A model generated the notes under the pieces. That model was not told where the DNA came from. It saw only the letters and a list, made by a program, of their open reading frames with translations, and ran no database searches. This document shows positions 11,453 to 21,583 of a stretch of 64,000 nt of DNA, piece by piece (position 1 is the stretch's first letter; every line of letters starts with the position of its first letter). Source of the stretch: Pelagomonas calceolata. Taxonomy: Eukaryota. A program made the translations under genes and the position numbers. The DNA is taken from NCBI GenBank assembly GCA_918797485.1, contig CAKKNE010000003.1:4898001-4962000 (forward strand), read 5' to 3'.

Positions 11453-12511
11453 CTAGCCCCCCTTCCACCGCGCAGGCATCGTCGACCGCCGCTTGTGCTC
11501 GCGTACCGAGTCCTGGGTCCGCGTCCGGATGCACGCCGCGTCGAGGGCGCCCTCGAGCTTCGCGACCTCGGCCTCGAGGTGCATGAGCTTGTGCTGGAGC
11601 GCGGCGTTTTGCGCCTTGATGTGGTGCGCGCGGAGCGGGTCCCGCGCCGCGAGCAGGAGCGCGCGCGCGAGGTCGTCGAGCGAGTCGTCGTCGACCTGGC
11701 CTCCGTCGCGGCCGCGGACGACGAAGACGTCGCGCACCGAGCCCTGGACGTCGCCGGCCCGGACCGAGGCCTCGACCAGGTGGACGCCCGACGCGCTCAG
11801 CGCCGCGGACAGCGAGGCCAGGAGCCCCGGGAGGTCCGGCCCTTCGACGACGAGCGTCGTCGCGTCGCTCGCCGCCGCGTTGTCGGCCTCGATCTGGAAC
11901 GCGTGGCGGTCGGCCGCGCCGGCCTCGGCGAAGTGCCTCGCCTTGAGGTCCGAGCTCTGCCGCGTATCGACGAGGAACAGGTTGAGGAGGCCCAGCGAGC
12001 AGCCCGCGACGACGCCCGCGAGCGCGCCGAGGAGGCCGACGCGCCGCGTCGCCGGCTGCGCGCGCTGCGCGGCCGTGAGCTGCGCGGGCCGGAGCCCCAG
12101 CCGCTTCGCGAGGCCGTCGAGCGCGCCGCCGAACACGACGCCGGCCGAGTCGCTGCAGATTTGGCCGCACGCCTACGATCCGTTCCGGGGTAAGATCAGG
12201 GTTGGAGTTTTATTCAAAACGCTCGAGAAACGTACCGCCGCGGACAGCGTGGACAGGCCGAACGTGACGCCTAGCGTGCAGTCGATCAAGTTGCCCGCGT
12301 GGATCATGATCGTGTTGTCCATGAGACCGAAGCCGACCATGGGCACGGCGCAGACCAGGAAGTGGCGCGAGAGCTCCCGCCGCGGCGCCGCCGCCGACGA
12401 CGACGCGTGCCGCGAGGCAGCCACCGGGGCACGGGACGTACTCCCCCGGCTGCGGAGTCGCCGCACACGCGCCGCCGCGAGGCCTCGGCGCCAGGCAGCG
12501 CGGAGACGCAT
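11453..12511 (-). CDS. TMEM65: TMEM65-like membrane protein with C-terminal ACT domain; GT-AG intron 12173-12235
   Basis: AVPMVGFGLMDNTIMIHAGNLID..GLSTLSAA|ACGQICSD (TMEM65); TTLVVEGPDLPGLLASLSAAL..VRDVFVV (ACT); Arg-rich transit-like N-terminus. Confidence 0.8.
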
Positions 12512-12797
12512 TTCTGAACAGTGGCAGCGCAACACTTCCTGCGACTCTCGACACCCTCGAGCACCACCTGCGGTACCGTACCGTAGGTAGCTACGGTACG
12601 TACCTACGGTAGGTACCGTATTCCTAGACCTATTTTATCCGGGTATTCAAGTAACTAGGATAGTGAAGCTAAGATAAAAGTTGGGAGATTTATGAGTGGA
12701 AAGAGGCCGTTGCCACAACGGACGCCAACCCCAGCCTGAGGGCCCCGCCGAAACTTTTGAAAACCTACTCTAGAGGTATATGCTTGGATCTGATGAG

Positions 12798-12889
12798 TAG
12801 TGACGGGTGGGGGTTAACCCGCAGGGGTGCCCACACCTGGGGGTACCCTCGTTACCCCTGGGGTACCCCGGGGGTGGGACCCGTCACTA
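12798..12889. mobile_element. 92-bp hAT-like MITE
   Basis: TIR TAGTGACGGGT; 8-bp TSD CTGATGAG (12790-12797, 12890-12897); uninterrupted site seen near 5170-5197. Confidence 0.8.
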
Positions 12890-13323
12890 CTGATGAGCTG
12901 GGTGCAATAAATGCACAAAGCAGCTATGGTAGCTAGGTCTCTCGGGTGTCAATGTGACACAGAGATGCCAACAGGTAGGACTCTCACTGAAACGTGAGAG
13001 TGTGGGAACCCGCTCACTGTGGCAACCTCAGGACGTCGCCGACTCGCCGCCTTGTGCTTCGTCGTGCCTGCCAGTGAAGCACCAGCCGCGGGACGCAGAG
13101 CACTCCTCGGGGAGGCACGCTCACGGTCCTCGACATCGCCCAGACGTACAAGCTCGTACGAGCCGTCAACCCGGCAGTTCCGACGAGTACCGACTACTAG
13201 GGAAGCGTGAGGCGGAGTCCGGGAGGGATGCGGCGCGCGACGGCGCGTCGCCCCCCAGGTTTCAGAGAGGCGGCAGCTCGCTGGAGGACGCTGCTCCGCC
13301 ACAGACCAACCTAACTAAAAACC

Positions 13324-16152
13324 ATGACCTCGGGCTTCGCGACGGTCAAGGGCGTCACGTCCGGCGACACGCTGCTGCTGGTGGGCCGCGCGGCGGCGGG
13401 CCCGCCGCCTGAGCTCCAGCTGACGCTGAGCGGCGTCGCCGCGCCGCGGCTGGCCAAGGGCTCGAACGCCGTCGACGAGCCCTTCGCCTGGGCGGCGCGC
13501 GACTTCCTCCGGAGGCTCGCGCTGGGCAAGGCCGTGAGCTTCCGCGTCGACGGCGAGGCCGCGGGCCGGTCGTTCGGCGCCGCGTGGCTCAAGACCGGCG
13601 CGGGCGAGCCCGAGTCGCTGGCGCTCCTGCTCGCGCGGGCGGGGTGGTGCCGCGCGCAGGCGCCGGCCAAGGGCGGCGGCGGCGACGACGAGGCGCTGCG
13701 GGCGGCCGAGGCCGACGCTCGCGCGGCGGGGCTCGGCGCGCACGCGCGCGCGGCGGGGCTCGGCGCGACGCGGCGCGTCCAGTGGACGGGCTGCGACGCG
13801 GCCGCGCTGGCGGGGACGTCGCGGCGCGCGCTCGTCGAGCACGTGCGCGACGGGTCGTACCTGCGATGCCTCGTGTACGGCGGCCCCGAGGACGCGCCGC
13901 ACGCCGACATGGCGGTCGTCGGCGTGCGCCTCGCGGGCGTCCGCTGCGGCCGCGTGCCCTTCGCGCCGGCGGGCGGCGACGCGCCGGCCGGCGCGCCTCC
14001 GCCGCCGCCACCGCCGGCGGAGCCGTTCGCGCTCCAGGCCAAGCACTTCGTCGAGGCGCGGCTGCTGCACCGCGAGGTCGTCGTGCGCTTCGCGGCGGCG
14101 GCCGACGGCGCGGCCGGCGGCGCGCCCGTGGGCGACGTCGCGCACGCGGCGTCGGGGCAGCGCGTGGGCGTCGCGCTGCTGCGCGAGGGCCTGGCCAAGC
14201 TCGACGAGCGCGCGCTGGCGGCGCTGGGCGACGCCGCGCTCGCGGCGACGCTCCGCGCCGCCGAGGCCGAGGCGCGCCGCGACAAGCGGCGGCTCTGGCG
14301 CGCGTACGAGAAGCCGAGCTTGGGCGGCGGCGGCGCGGACGACTTCGAGGGGCACGTCGTCGAGGTCACGTCGGGCGACACGCTCGTGGTGGGCGACGCG
14401 GCCGGCGTCGAGCGCCGCGTCTCGCTCTCGTCGTGCCGCGCGCCGCGGCCGGGCCACGACAAGAGCGGCCGCGCCGGCGAGCCGTGGGCCGCCGAGAGCC
14501 GCGAGGCGCTGCGCCACGCGGCCGTCGGGCGCCGCGTCCGCGTCGTCGTCGAGCAGGTCCGCGACGTGCCCGTCGCCGGCGGCGGCGACGGCGGCGCCGA
14601 CGCGCCGACGCGGCGCCTCGTCCTCGCGAGTGTGCGCCTCCTGCCCGACGCGCGGCCGGGCCGCGAGCCGCGCGCCGTGCCCGAGGACAAGCAGCGCGAC
14701 GTCGCCGAGGCGCTCGCGGACCTCGGCCTCGTCCGCGTCGTGCCGCCGCGGTCGAGCGAGGACCGCGCCGCGCGCTACGACGCGCTCGCCGCCGCCGAGC
14801 AGCGCGCGCGCGAGAAGAAGCTGCGGCTCCACTCGGGCCGCGCGCCGCCGCCGGGGCCGCGCGTCGCGGACCTCGTCGGCGACGCGCGCCGCGCGCGGAC
14901 GTTCCTGCCCGCGCTCCAGCGCGCCGCGACCGTCCGCGCGACCGTCGAGGCCGTCTTCTCGGGCAGCCGCGTCAAGCTCCGCGCGCCGGCCGAGGGCTGC
15001 GCGTTCGTCTTCGGCCTCGCGTGCGTCCGCGCGCCCGCCGCCGCCGCGCGCGGCCGGTCCGGCGACGCCTGCGGCGACGAGGCCCGGGCGTTCGCGCGCC
15101 GGCACCTCCTGCAGCGCGTCGTCGACGCGCGCGTGCTCGACATGGACCGCCACGGCGTCGCGCTCGGCACGCTGCGCCTCCTCCCCGAGGACGCCAAGCG
15201 CTCGCGGCACGCGCCGGCGCCGCCGGGCGCGCCGGCCGTCGCCGCCGCCGACGACGCGTTCGAGAGCCGGCTCCTCGCGCGCGGCCTCGGCCGCCTGGAC
15301 GCGCGCCGCGCCGACGCCGGCGCCGCCAAGGCCTGGGGCGCGCTCGAGGCGGCCGCGCAGGCCGCCCGGCTCGGCCTCTGGGCGCACGAGGCGACCGCCG
15401 AGGCCGCGGCGGCCGCGGCCGCGCCCGCCGCGCGCGCGGCGGCGCCCTGGCGCGGCCGCGCGGCCGAGGTCGTCGACGGCGCCACGCTCTACGTCCACGC
15501 GGACCCGCCGGCCAAGCTCGACGCGGTCCTCGCCGCCATGAGGGCGTTCGCGCCGCCCGCGACGGCGGCGGCGGCCGCGCACCGGCGCAACGCGGTCGTC
15601 GCCGCGCAGTTCGACGACGGCTCGGGCCTCGGGTGGTACCGCGCGCGCGTCGTCGAGGTCGGCCCGGGCGGCGCGACGTACGCGCTCCGCTACCTCGACT
15701 TCGGCAACCTCGAGGCCGGCGTGCCGGCCGCCCGCGTCGCGCCGCTCGACGCCGCGCGCGCGGCGCTGCCGCCCGCCGCCGTCGAGTGCCGCCTCGCGCA
15801 CGTCCGCGCCGCCGCCGTCGACGACGAGGCCGGCGAGGCCTGCGCGCGCGCGCTCCACGAGCTCGTCTGGGGCAAAGGCCTCGAGCTCGCCGAGGTGCCC
15901 GGCCGCGCCGACGGCCCGCGCTTCCGCGTCCGCGTCGTCGACGGCGTCGCCGAGGCCAAGGCCGGCGGCGACTCGCGGCCGACCGTCAACGAGCAGCTCG
16001 TCGAACGCGGCCTCGCGCGCGTGCCCGGCGCCTCCAAGCACGCCGCCGACGACCTCGCGGTCGCCATGCGGGCGCTCCAGCTCGGCGCGCGCGCCGCGCG
16101 CGCCGGCGTCTGGCGCTACGGCGACTGCGACTTCTCCGACGACGAGAAGTAG
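13324..16152 (+). CDS. SND1: Tudor staphylococcal nuclease (Tudor-SN)
   Basis: Repeated SNase starts (VKGVTSGDTL, VVEVTSGDTL), DEPFAWAARDFLR, Tudor AQFDDG..WYRARV..YLDFGNLE, C-terminal GVWRYGD. Confidence 0.92.
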   Translation: MTSGFATVKGVTSGDTLLLVGRAAAGPPPELQLTLSGVAAPRLAKGSNAVDEPFAWAARDFLRRLALGKAVSFRVDGEAAGRSFGAAWLKTGAGEPESLALLLARAGWCRAQAPAKGGGGDDEALRAAEADARAAGLGAHARAAGLGATRRVQWTGCDAAALAGTSRRALVEHVRDGSYLRCLVYGGPEDAPHADMAVVGVRLAGVRCGRVPFAPAGGDAPAGAPPPPPPPAEPFALQAKHFVEARLLHREVVVRFAAAADGAAGGAPVGDVAHAASGQRVGVALLREGLAKLDERALAALGDAALAATLRAAEAEARRDKRRLWRAYEKPSLGGGGADDFEGHVVEVTSGDTLVVGDAAGVERRVSLSSCRAPRPGHDKSGRAGEPWAAESREALRHAAVGRRVRVVVEQVRDVPVAGGGDGGADAPTRRLVLASVRLLPDARPGREPRAVPEDKQRDVAEALADLGLVRVVPPRSSEDRAARYDALAAAEQRAREKKLRLHSGRAPPPGPRVADLVGDARRARTFLPALQRAATVRATVEAVFSGSRVKLRAPAEGCAFVFGLACVRAPAAAARGRSGDACGDEARAFARRHLLQRVVDARVLDMDRHGVALGTLRLLPEDAKRSRHAPAPPGAPAVAAADDAFESRLLARGLGRLDARRADAGAAKAWGALEAAAQAARLGLWAHEATAEAAAAAAAPAARAAAPWRGRAAEVVDGATLYVHADPPAKLDAVLAAMRAFAPPATAAAAAHRRNAVVAAQFDDGSGLGWYRARVVEVGPGGATYALRYLDFGNLEAGVPAARVAPLDAARAALPPAAVECRLAHVRAAAVDDEAGEACARALHELVWGKGLELAEVPGRADGPRFRVRVVDGVAEAKAGGDSRPTVNEQLVERGLARVPGASKHAADDLAVAMRALQLGARAARAGVWRYGDCDFSDDEK

Positions 16153-17184
16153 CCACCCGCTGCCACTCGCGGGCCCCCTCCTCTCTCGCATTAATTGGTC
16201 GGGCGTTGACTTGGGTTGGGTTAAGGGGCCGGCACCCAAAGACGGGGCAGGCCTGCCAGTGCACCCAAAGTGAGAAATTACCGTAGCTTTTCTCCCTGAA
16301 TAGCTTGAACCCCGAAACTTGCTACGAACATACTTAAGGTAATGACTAATATTCACGCAAAACAGGGGCTGCAAAAGGTAGGGGGGTTTGGGGTGCGCCG
16401 GCCGCGGGCAGGCCGCGGGCCGGACGGCGGAGTCTCAAAGTTCCAAATCGTCGTCGTTGTCGTCCGCATCGTCGTCGCCCGCATCGACTATAACCCCGCG
16501 CCGGTCCCCGGGCCCGTGGTTTCTCGCAGGAGCGCCCTCGAAGCTCTCTATTCGTCCCGCGTCGACCTCGACGCGGCCGCCGCGGTGCAATGATTTCCAG
16601 CTTTTCGAGCGCCTGAAGTTGTCCGCGGGGCTCGGGGCATATCCACCGTACTGTCCGCACCGCTTTTTGTGCAGTGGCGTGCCCACGTCGCGTATCGCAC
16701 ATCATGTGGTGGGAGCGATTTTGGCGCATCGCGAAATGTTGTGCTGCCGCGCTTTTTCTTGGCGCATCGCCTCGGCCGACCCCTTGAGCGGTCAGAAATA
16801 GCTTGGGGCTGCCTATGGGTGCGTTTAGGCTGCGCACGAGGCCAAAACAAAATCGCGTTTAATCGAGATTCACGGGTTTTTGCCGTTTTCAGCGCGCCGC
16901 TGCGCCCTAGTCCCGATCCCCATACACCCCCCTGACCTCAGCCGGCCCTTAAGAGGGCCCTATAGCACAATCGCTGTAGTACCTACTGCGGTACGGTACC
17001 TACGGTACACGGTACCATAGTATCAGGTAAGTTCGCCTTCGAAAAAAAGAAGAGGGCTGCCCGTGCCACCGGCCACGACGCGATGACGCCTGCGCGTATC
17101 GACACGCGACGAACATAATTCGCGCTGGCGCCCCTCCCGCCCGACGAGCCGCCGGCGCCGCCCTGGCTTGCGAGCCGGCTGGAT

Positions 17185-18291
17185 GTGCAGCGCGCCGATG
17201 TTGGCTTGAAGCCGACGACGTCGCCGGCGGTGGGCGACACGGGCGTCGACGCATGCGAACGCTGCGGTGCGCGCGGCGCGCGACTGCGGTGCGGCGCGTG
17301 CCGCGGCGTCGCGTACTGTTCGCGAGCGTGCCAGGCCGCGGCATGGTCCGCGCACCGCGCCGCGTGCCAGCCGGCGGCGGCGACGATTAGGAGGGCGCGC
17401 CTGGCGAGGCGCGGCGCGGCGCGCGGGGCCACCTCCGGGACGGCGCCCGCGCCCGCGACCGAAGAGACGCGCGCGACCACGGCTACGTCGGCCAAAGCAG
17501 CTGCGGTGGCGTCGGCACGAGAGTGGGCGCGGGACCGCCGGGCGGAGTCAGCCGGGGCGGCGCGACCGGTCGTCGAGGCGAAGCCGCGAGACGGTATGGA
17601 CGAGCGGTCGCAAGCGGCAAAGACGGAGCTCGCGGACGACGCGGCCGCGCGGCGCGAGGCGCGGAAGAACAAAAAGATCGACGCTCTTGCGGCGGCGGCG
17701 GCGGCGGTCGACAATGCGCCGAGGCCGGCGCAGCTGGGGGGTCTGGCGCGCCTCCGGCCGGCGCGGTCGCTCGGCCATCAGTACGCCCGATGGGATGCCC
17801 TGAGCGACTCCGGCTCAGACGACGACGGTGGCGGCGGTGCGGCCGGCGCGGCGGCGCTGCCCCTCGCGGGCCGCTACGGCAGATGGAACGGGTTCGACAG
17901 CGTCGACGAGTCCGACGACGCGCCCGACGATCGGGACCGCCGGTGGTGCGCGCGTCATCACCGGAGCCACTACGGCGCCTGTCCCCAGTGCGTCAACCCG
18001 AGCCGCCGGCCGTCACAGCCGACGCCGGCCCCGTACGTCCCCAGAAGCCCGCGGCTCCGCGATCCGGACGACGTCGACGCGGCGATGGACGACTTCGAGA
18101 AGAAGATCGCCGAGTCCAAGCGCGCCAAAGACGTCCTTCGCCAGCTCAAGGCCACGATCGACGGCGTCCCCGACGCGGAGGTCGACGTCGCCTCGTGCCT
18201 TTCTGCCATCAAGACAGCCGCCGCCTACTCGCCGCCCGAGTCGTCCTTGAACGAACTTCTCCGCGGCACCGACCCCGCCGAGTCAAAGTAG
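17185..18291 (+). CDS. MYND zinc finger protein
   Basis: CERCG..LRCGACRGVAYCSRACQAAAWSAHRAAC; start uncertain. Confidence 0.7.
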   Translation: MQRADVGLKPTTSPAVGDTGVDACERCGARGARLRCGACRGVAYCSRACQAAAWSAHRAACQPAAATIRRARLARRGAARGATSGTAPAPATEETRATTATSAKAAAVASAREWARDRRAESAGAARPVVEAKPRDGMDERSQAAKTELADDAAARREARKNKKIDALAAAAAAVDNAPRPAQLGGLARLRPARSLGHQYARWDALSDSGSDDDGGGGAAGAAALPLAGRYGRWNGFDSVDESDDAPDDRDRRWCARHHRSHYGACPQCVNPSRRPSQPTPAPYVPRSPRLRDPDDVDAAMDDFEKKIAESKRAKDVLRQLKATIDGVPDAEVDVASCLSAIKTAAAYSPPESSLNELLRGTDPAESK

Positions 18292-18396
18292 CGACCTCCC
18301 TCCTGGTTTGATTGGGTCAAGTAAAAATATCGACTAGTACCCCAAGCCTCATTAGAAAAAACCGTGACGAAACGTCTCGGGCGTCATCCATCGCGA

Positions 18397-20784
18397 TCAG
18401 GCGGCGTCACCGTCGGCGTCACCGGGGTCGTTTTTGCGCTCGGCGGTGTCCGGGGGCGTCGCGTCTTGCACTGTGAGCCCCGGCGAGGCGGTCGACCAGC
18501 CGCCGTTTTCCGAGTCGCCGTCGGACCCCTCAACGTCGTCGCGCGAGGCGTCCGACTGAAAAAGGATGCGGCTGTACGGTTGGTCGCCGGCGCGCGCGTC
18601 GGTTTTGAGGGGCTTGGCGCAGAACGGGCAGATGGGCCGGTAGCGCGCGTTCGGCGGCGCGTTGTCGGGGAGCGCGAGGCCGGCCCACTTGCGCGCGACC
18701 TGCGCGACGAAGGAGATCGGCGACGAGCGAGCACGCCGTTCCGGAGCGCCGGCGAAGGCGACCGGGGCGCGTGGTGCCACACGGTTCGCGACGCGCTCGG
18801 AGACGATGTGGCCGCATGGGTTAAAGGCGACCTCGGGCTCTTCGTCGCAGATGGCGGGCTCCCACTCGAGACGGAGCTCGACGAACGGCCCGCGCGTCCG
18901 GCAGAGCGGGCACGGCAGGCGCTGGAGCTCGGGCGCGAACCTGCGACGACGAAGAGAGCGTCGATCTCATCGCGGACGGCCCTCGTTTCCAGCGATGTCT
19001 CCCGGACCAGCCGGGGCGAGGAGACGCCTTGCCGCGCGGGGCGCGCGCGCGTGCACGTGGCCGCACGCCGGGAAGATGTAGGGCCGCCGGTCCTGCGCCA
19101 GGGCGCGGCGCTTCTCGTCGTCGTACTCGAGCCGGATCGTGTGGAGCTGGACCGGGCACTGCGGCCGGCGCGCGTTGAACCGCGCGACGATGCGCGCGGG
19201 CGCGTCGGCGCGCGGGTCGCCCGGGATCGGCGACCGGCCGTCGCCGCCGATGCCGCGCTCGCTGCCGCGGCGCGCGGCGCGCTCGTGCGCGCGCATCGAC
19301 GCGGCGCTCTCGAAGAGCAGCTGGATGCCCGCGAGGTCAACGATCGTGCCGTTCGTCAGCACGGAGTCCTCGTCCGGGTACCGCCGGCCGGCGACGTCCG
19401 CGCGCGCGCGCGGCTCGTGGACGCCGCCGTGGACGCTCACCTCGCGCCAGGCCCCGACCTCGGGCTTCCAGATGCGCACGCCGAACGTCGTCAGCGCGTC
19501 CCACTGCGCGGCGTCGGGCTCGGCGTCCGGGTCCGTCACGGCGTCGTCCGCGTCGGCCGCGCGCTCGCCCGGCGCGAGCTGCCACTTGGGCGCCTGCTCG
19601 CTCAGGAACACGTCGCGCTCGTTGTTGAAGCCCGCCGCGTAGAGTCGGCACGCGTACGGCGGCGCGCGGCCGCACGACAGGCGGCAGGCGTACCGCGACA
19701 CGGGCCCGCAGAGCACGCCGCCCGCGTCGAGGTGCAGCGGGCCGCGGACGACGAAGTCGTTCTGCGGGACGATCATGCGGCCCAGCTGGAACATGTCCTC
19801 GCGCGCGTCGGGCACGTACTCGACGGTCACGCGCTGCGACCGCGCGACCGGCTTGCCGTCCGCGCCGCGCGCGCCGGCGGCGACCGACATGGTCACCGAG
19901 TGGCTCGCGTCCGCCGACCGCCGCTTCTCGCCCGGCCGCCGCGGCTCGCCGACGCGCGCGCGCGCGCGCCGGATGCCGTTCGCCTCGTCGCGGCGCGCGA
20001 GCGCGAACTTTTCGTTCCGCGCGCCGACGGGGTGCCACGTCGAGCCCTCCACGCGGTACTCCTTGTAGCCCAGCACCACCAGCTGGCCGTAGACGCCGCC
20101 CTCGCCCGTCTCGGCGGCCGCGCGGTCGGCGGCGGCGAGCGCCGCGCGCTCGGCGTCGGAGAGCGCCGGCGCGGCCGCCGGCGCCGCCGGCGCGCCGGCG
20201 GCCGCGCGGCCCCGCGCCGCGCGCGCGACGCAGCACAGCACGGTCGCGTGGTCCCGCGACAGCCCGACCTCGGCGTAGTCCTCCCAGTCGTCGACCTCGG
20301 CCGCGACCCAGCCGTCGAGGCCGTGCTCGGCGAACTTGGCGCCGTAGGCCGCCGCGGCCTCGGCGCCGAACCCCAGGTCCTCGCAGAGCCGCGCGAGGTC
20401 CGGCGCGCGCATCGCCCGGAGGTCCTCGACGGTCAGGGCCGCCGCGCGCCGGCTCGCGGCGGCGGCGTACGCGGTCGCGCCGAGGCGCTCGAGCTCGCGC
20501 GCCACGTCGGCGAGCGGCGGCGGCGCGGCCTTGGCGGCGGCGACCCCGGCGGCGCCCGCCTTGGCCTCCGCCGCCGGCGGCGCCGCGGCCGCCTTGGCGT
20601 CCGCGGCGGTCGGCGGCGCGCCCTTGGCCTCCGCCGGCCCGGCCGCGCCGCCCTTGCCCTCGGGCGCCGACTCGGGGGGGGGCTTGGCCTCCGCGGCCCG
20701 CCGGCGGCCAAAGATCCGTGGCGTCGCTGTCTGGGGGCCGTCCGCCGTGGTGCCCGACGTCAGGCCCGCGAGGCGGCGGAGCAT
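18397..20784 (-). CDS. PELI: Pellino-family E3 ubiquitin ligase with N-terminal SAM-like domain; introns ~18941-19045 and 18700-18792
   Basis: YGQLVVLGY, DMFQLGR, VSRYACR, LYAAGF, DALTTFGV, WREVSVHG, PQCPV, CGHVH, CPLCR, AFNPCGH, CPFC. Confidence 0.88.
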
Positions 20785-20919
20785 GCTGGTTGTGCTCACG
20801 GGACTCTTTGCTTTTCTTTCTGGCTTGTCTCGTATAATGTCCTGAAGTCCCAGGGGCACTACTTGGTACCTACGGTACTGCGGTACCGTAGGTAGGCCTA
20901 TCCAGGTACCTACGGTATG

Positions 20920-21452
20920 TATAACTGAAATAAGCAGAATAGTGAAGCCAAAACAAAGTTGGGGGATTTGTGAGTGGAAAGGAGGCCGTTGACCACACAA
21001 CGGACGACGACCCCCGCCGGGCCCGGGGACTCGGACCCCCCTCGTGTTTTTGTTGGAGCTGAGCTTGTGATTGTTCGATCGCGTTTTGAAAGAGCCGGTT
21101 AAATTCATCTTCATCCATCGCTGGATATTCACTTTCTCCGCTCTTTTGGGGTGTTTTCTCTTTAGATTTCTTTTTGGGTGTTTTTCCTTGTTTAGGCATT
21201 CACTGTAAAACACTCTACGTTAATAGGCAGAACCCTGTGGGCCCATAACCTAGCAAGAGTATGTCGCAGCGTTATGTAAAGTAGCAGGGTCCTAGCTAAC
21301 CAGCCTAGGGCTGATAGGCCTGACTACGAGAGTGTTTTATAGTGAACTGTTGTTACACCGTAGTGCTTTTGGCACTCAATGTATAGACTCAAATATTAGA
21401 GAGTGGGAGATACATATCTAGGGTAGGAAGGGCTAGTAGGTTTCTCTCTCTA
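20920..21452 (-). mobile_element. Copia 5' end: LTR 21251-21452, PBS 21238-21250, truncated gag-like ORF from 21199
   Basis: GGTTATGGGCCCA directly after the LTR is the half-tRNA-iMet PBS of copia-type elements; ORF MPKQGKTPKK... follows. Confidence 0.75.
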
Positions 21453-21583
21453 CGTAGGTACCGTATGTAAGATACCTTGACCGGAATCCTGCTCAGCTAC
21501 AGGCGTTTTCCTCTTGGCTCTTCACCGTAGCTTGCTGTAGGGCTTGCTGTAGGATAGCACACACGTTAGAACGCCGCCGTGTC

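Noticed and set aside
13315..16374. 1019-aa antisense ORF and other long shadow ORFs (18364-20895, 58290-60752, 61412-63079, 62442-63953)
   Set aside because: They are by-products of extreme GC3 on the opposite strand or frame of recognisable genes, with no domain signal.
16330..16940. Short ORFs downstream of SND1
   Set aside because: Share a non-coding repeat (GGCCGCGGGCAGGCCGCGGGCCGGACGG) with ~47343; no protein motif.
20785..21213. N-terminal extension of the 748-aa Pellino ORF
   Set aside because: It runs through the motif array and Copia remnant; ATG 20784 fits better.
21238..21250. tRNA-Met gene
   Set aside because: Only a 13-nt match, which is a primer-binding site; no cloverleaf.
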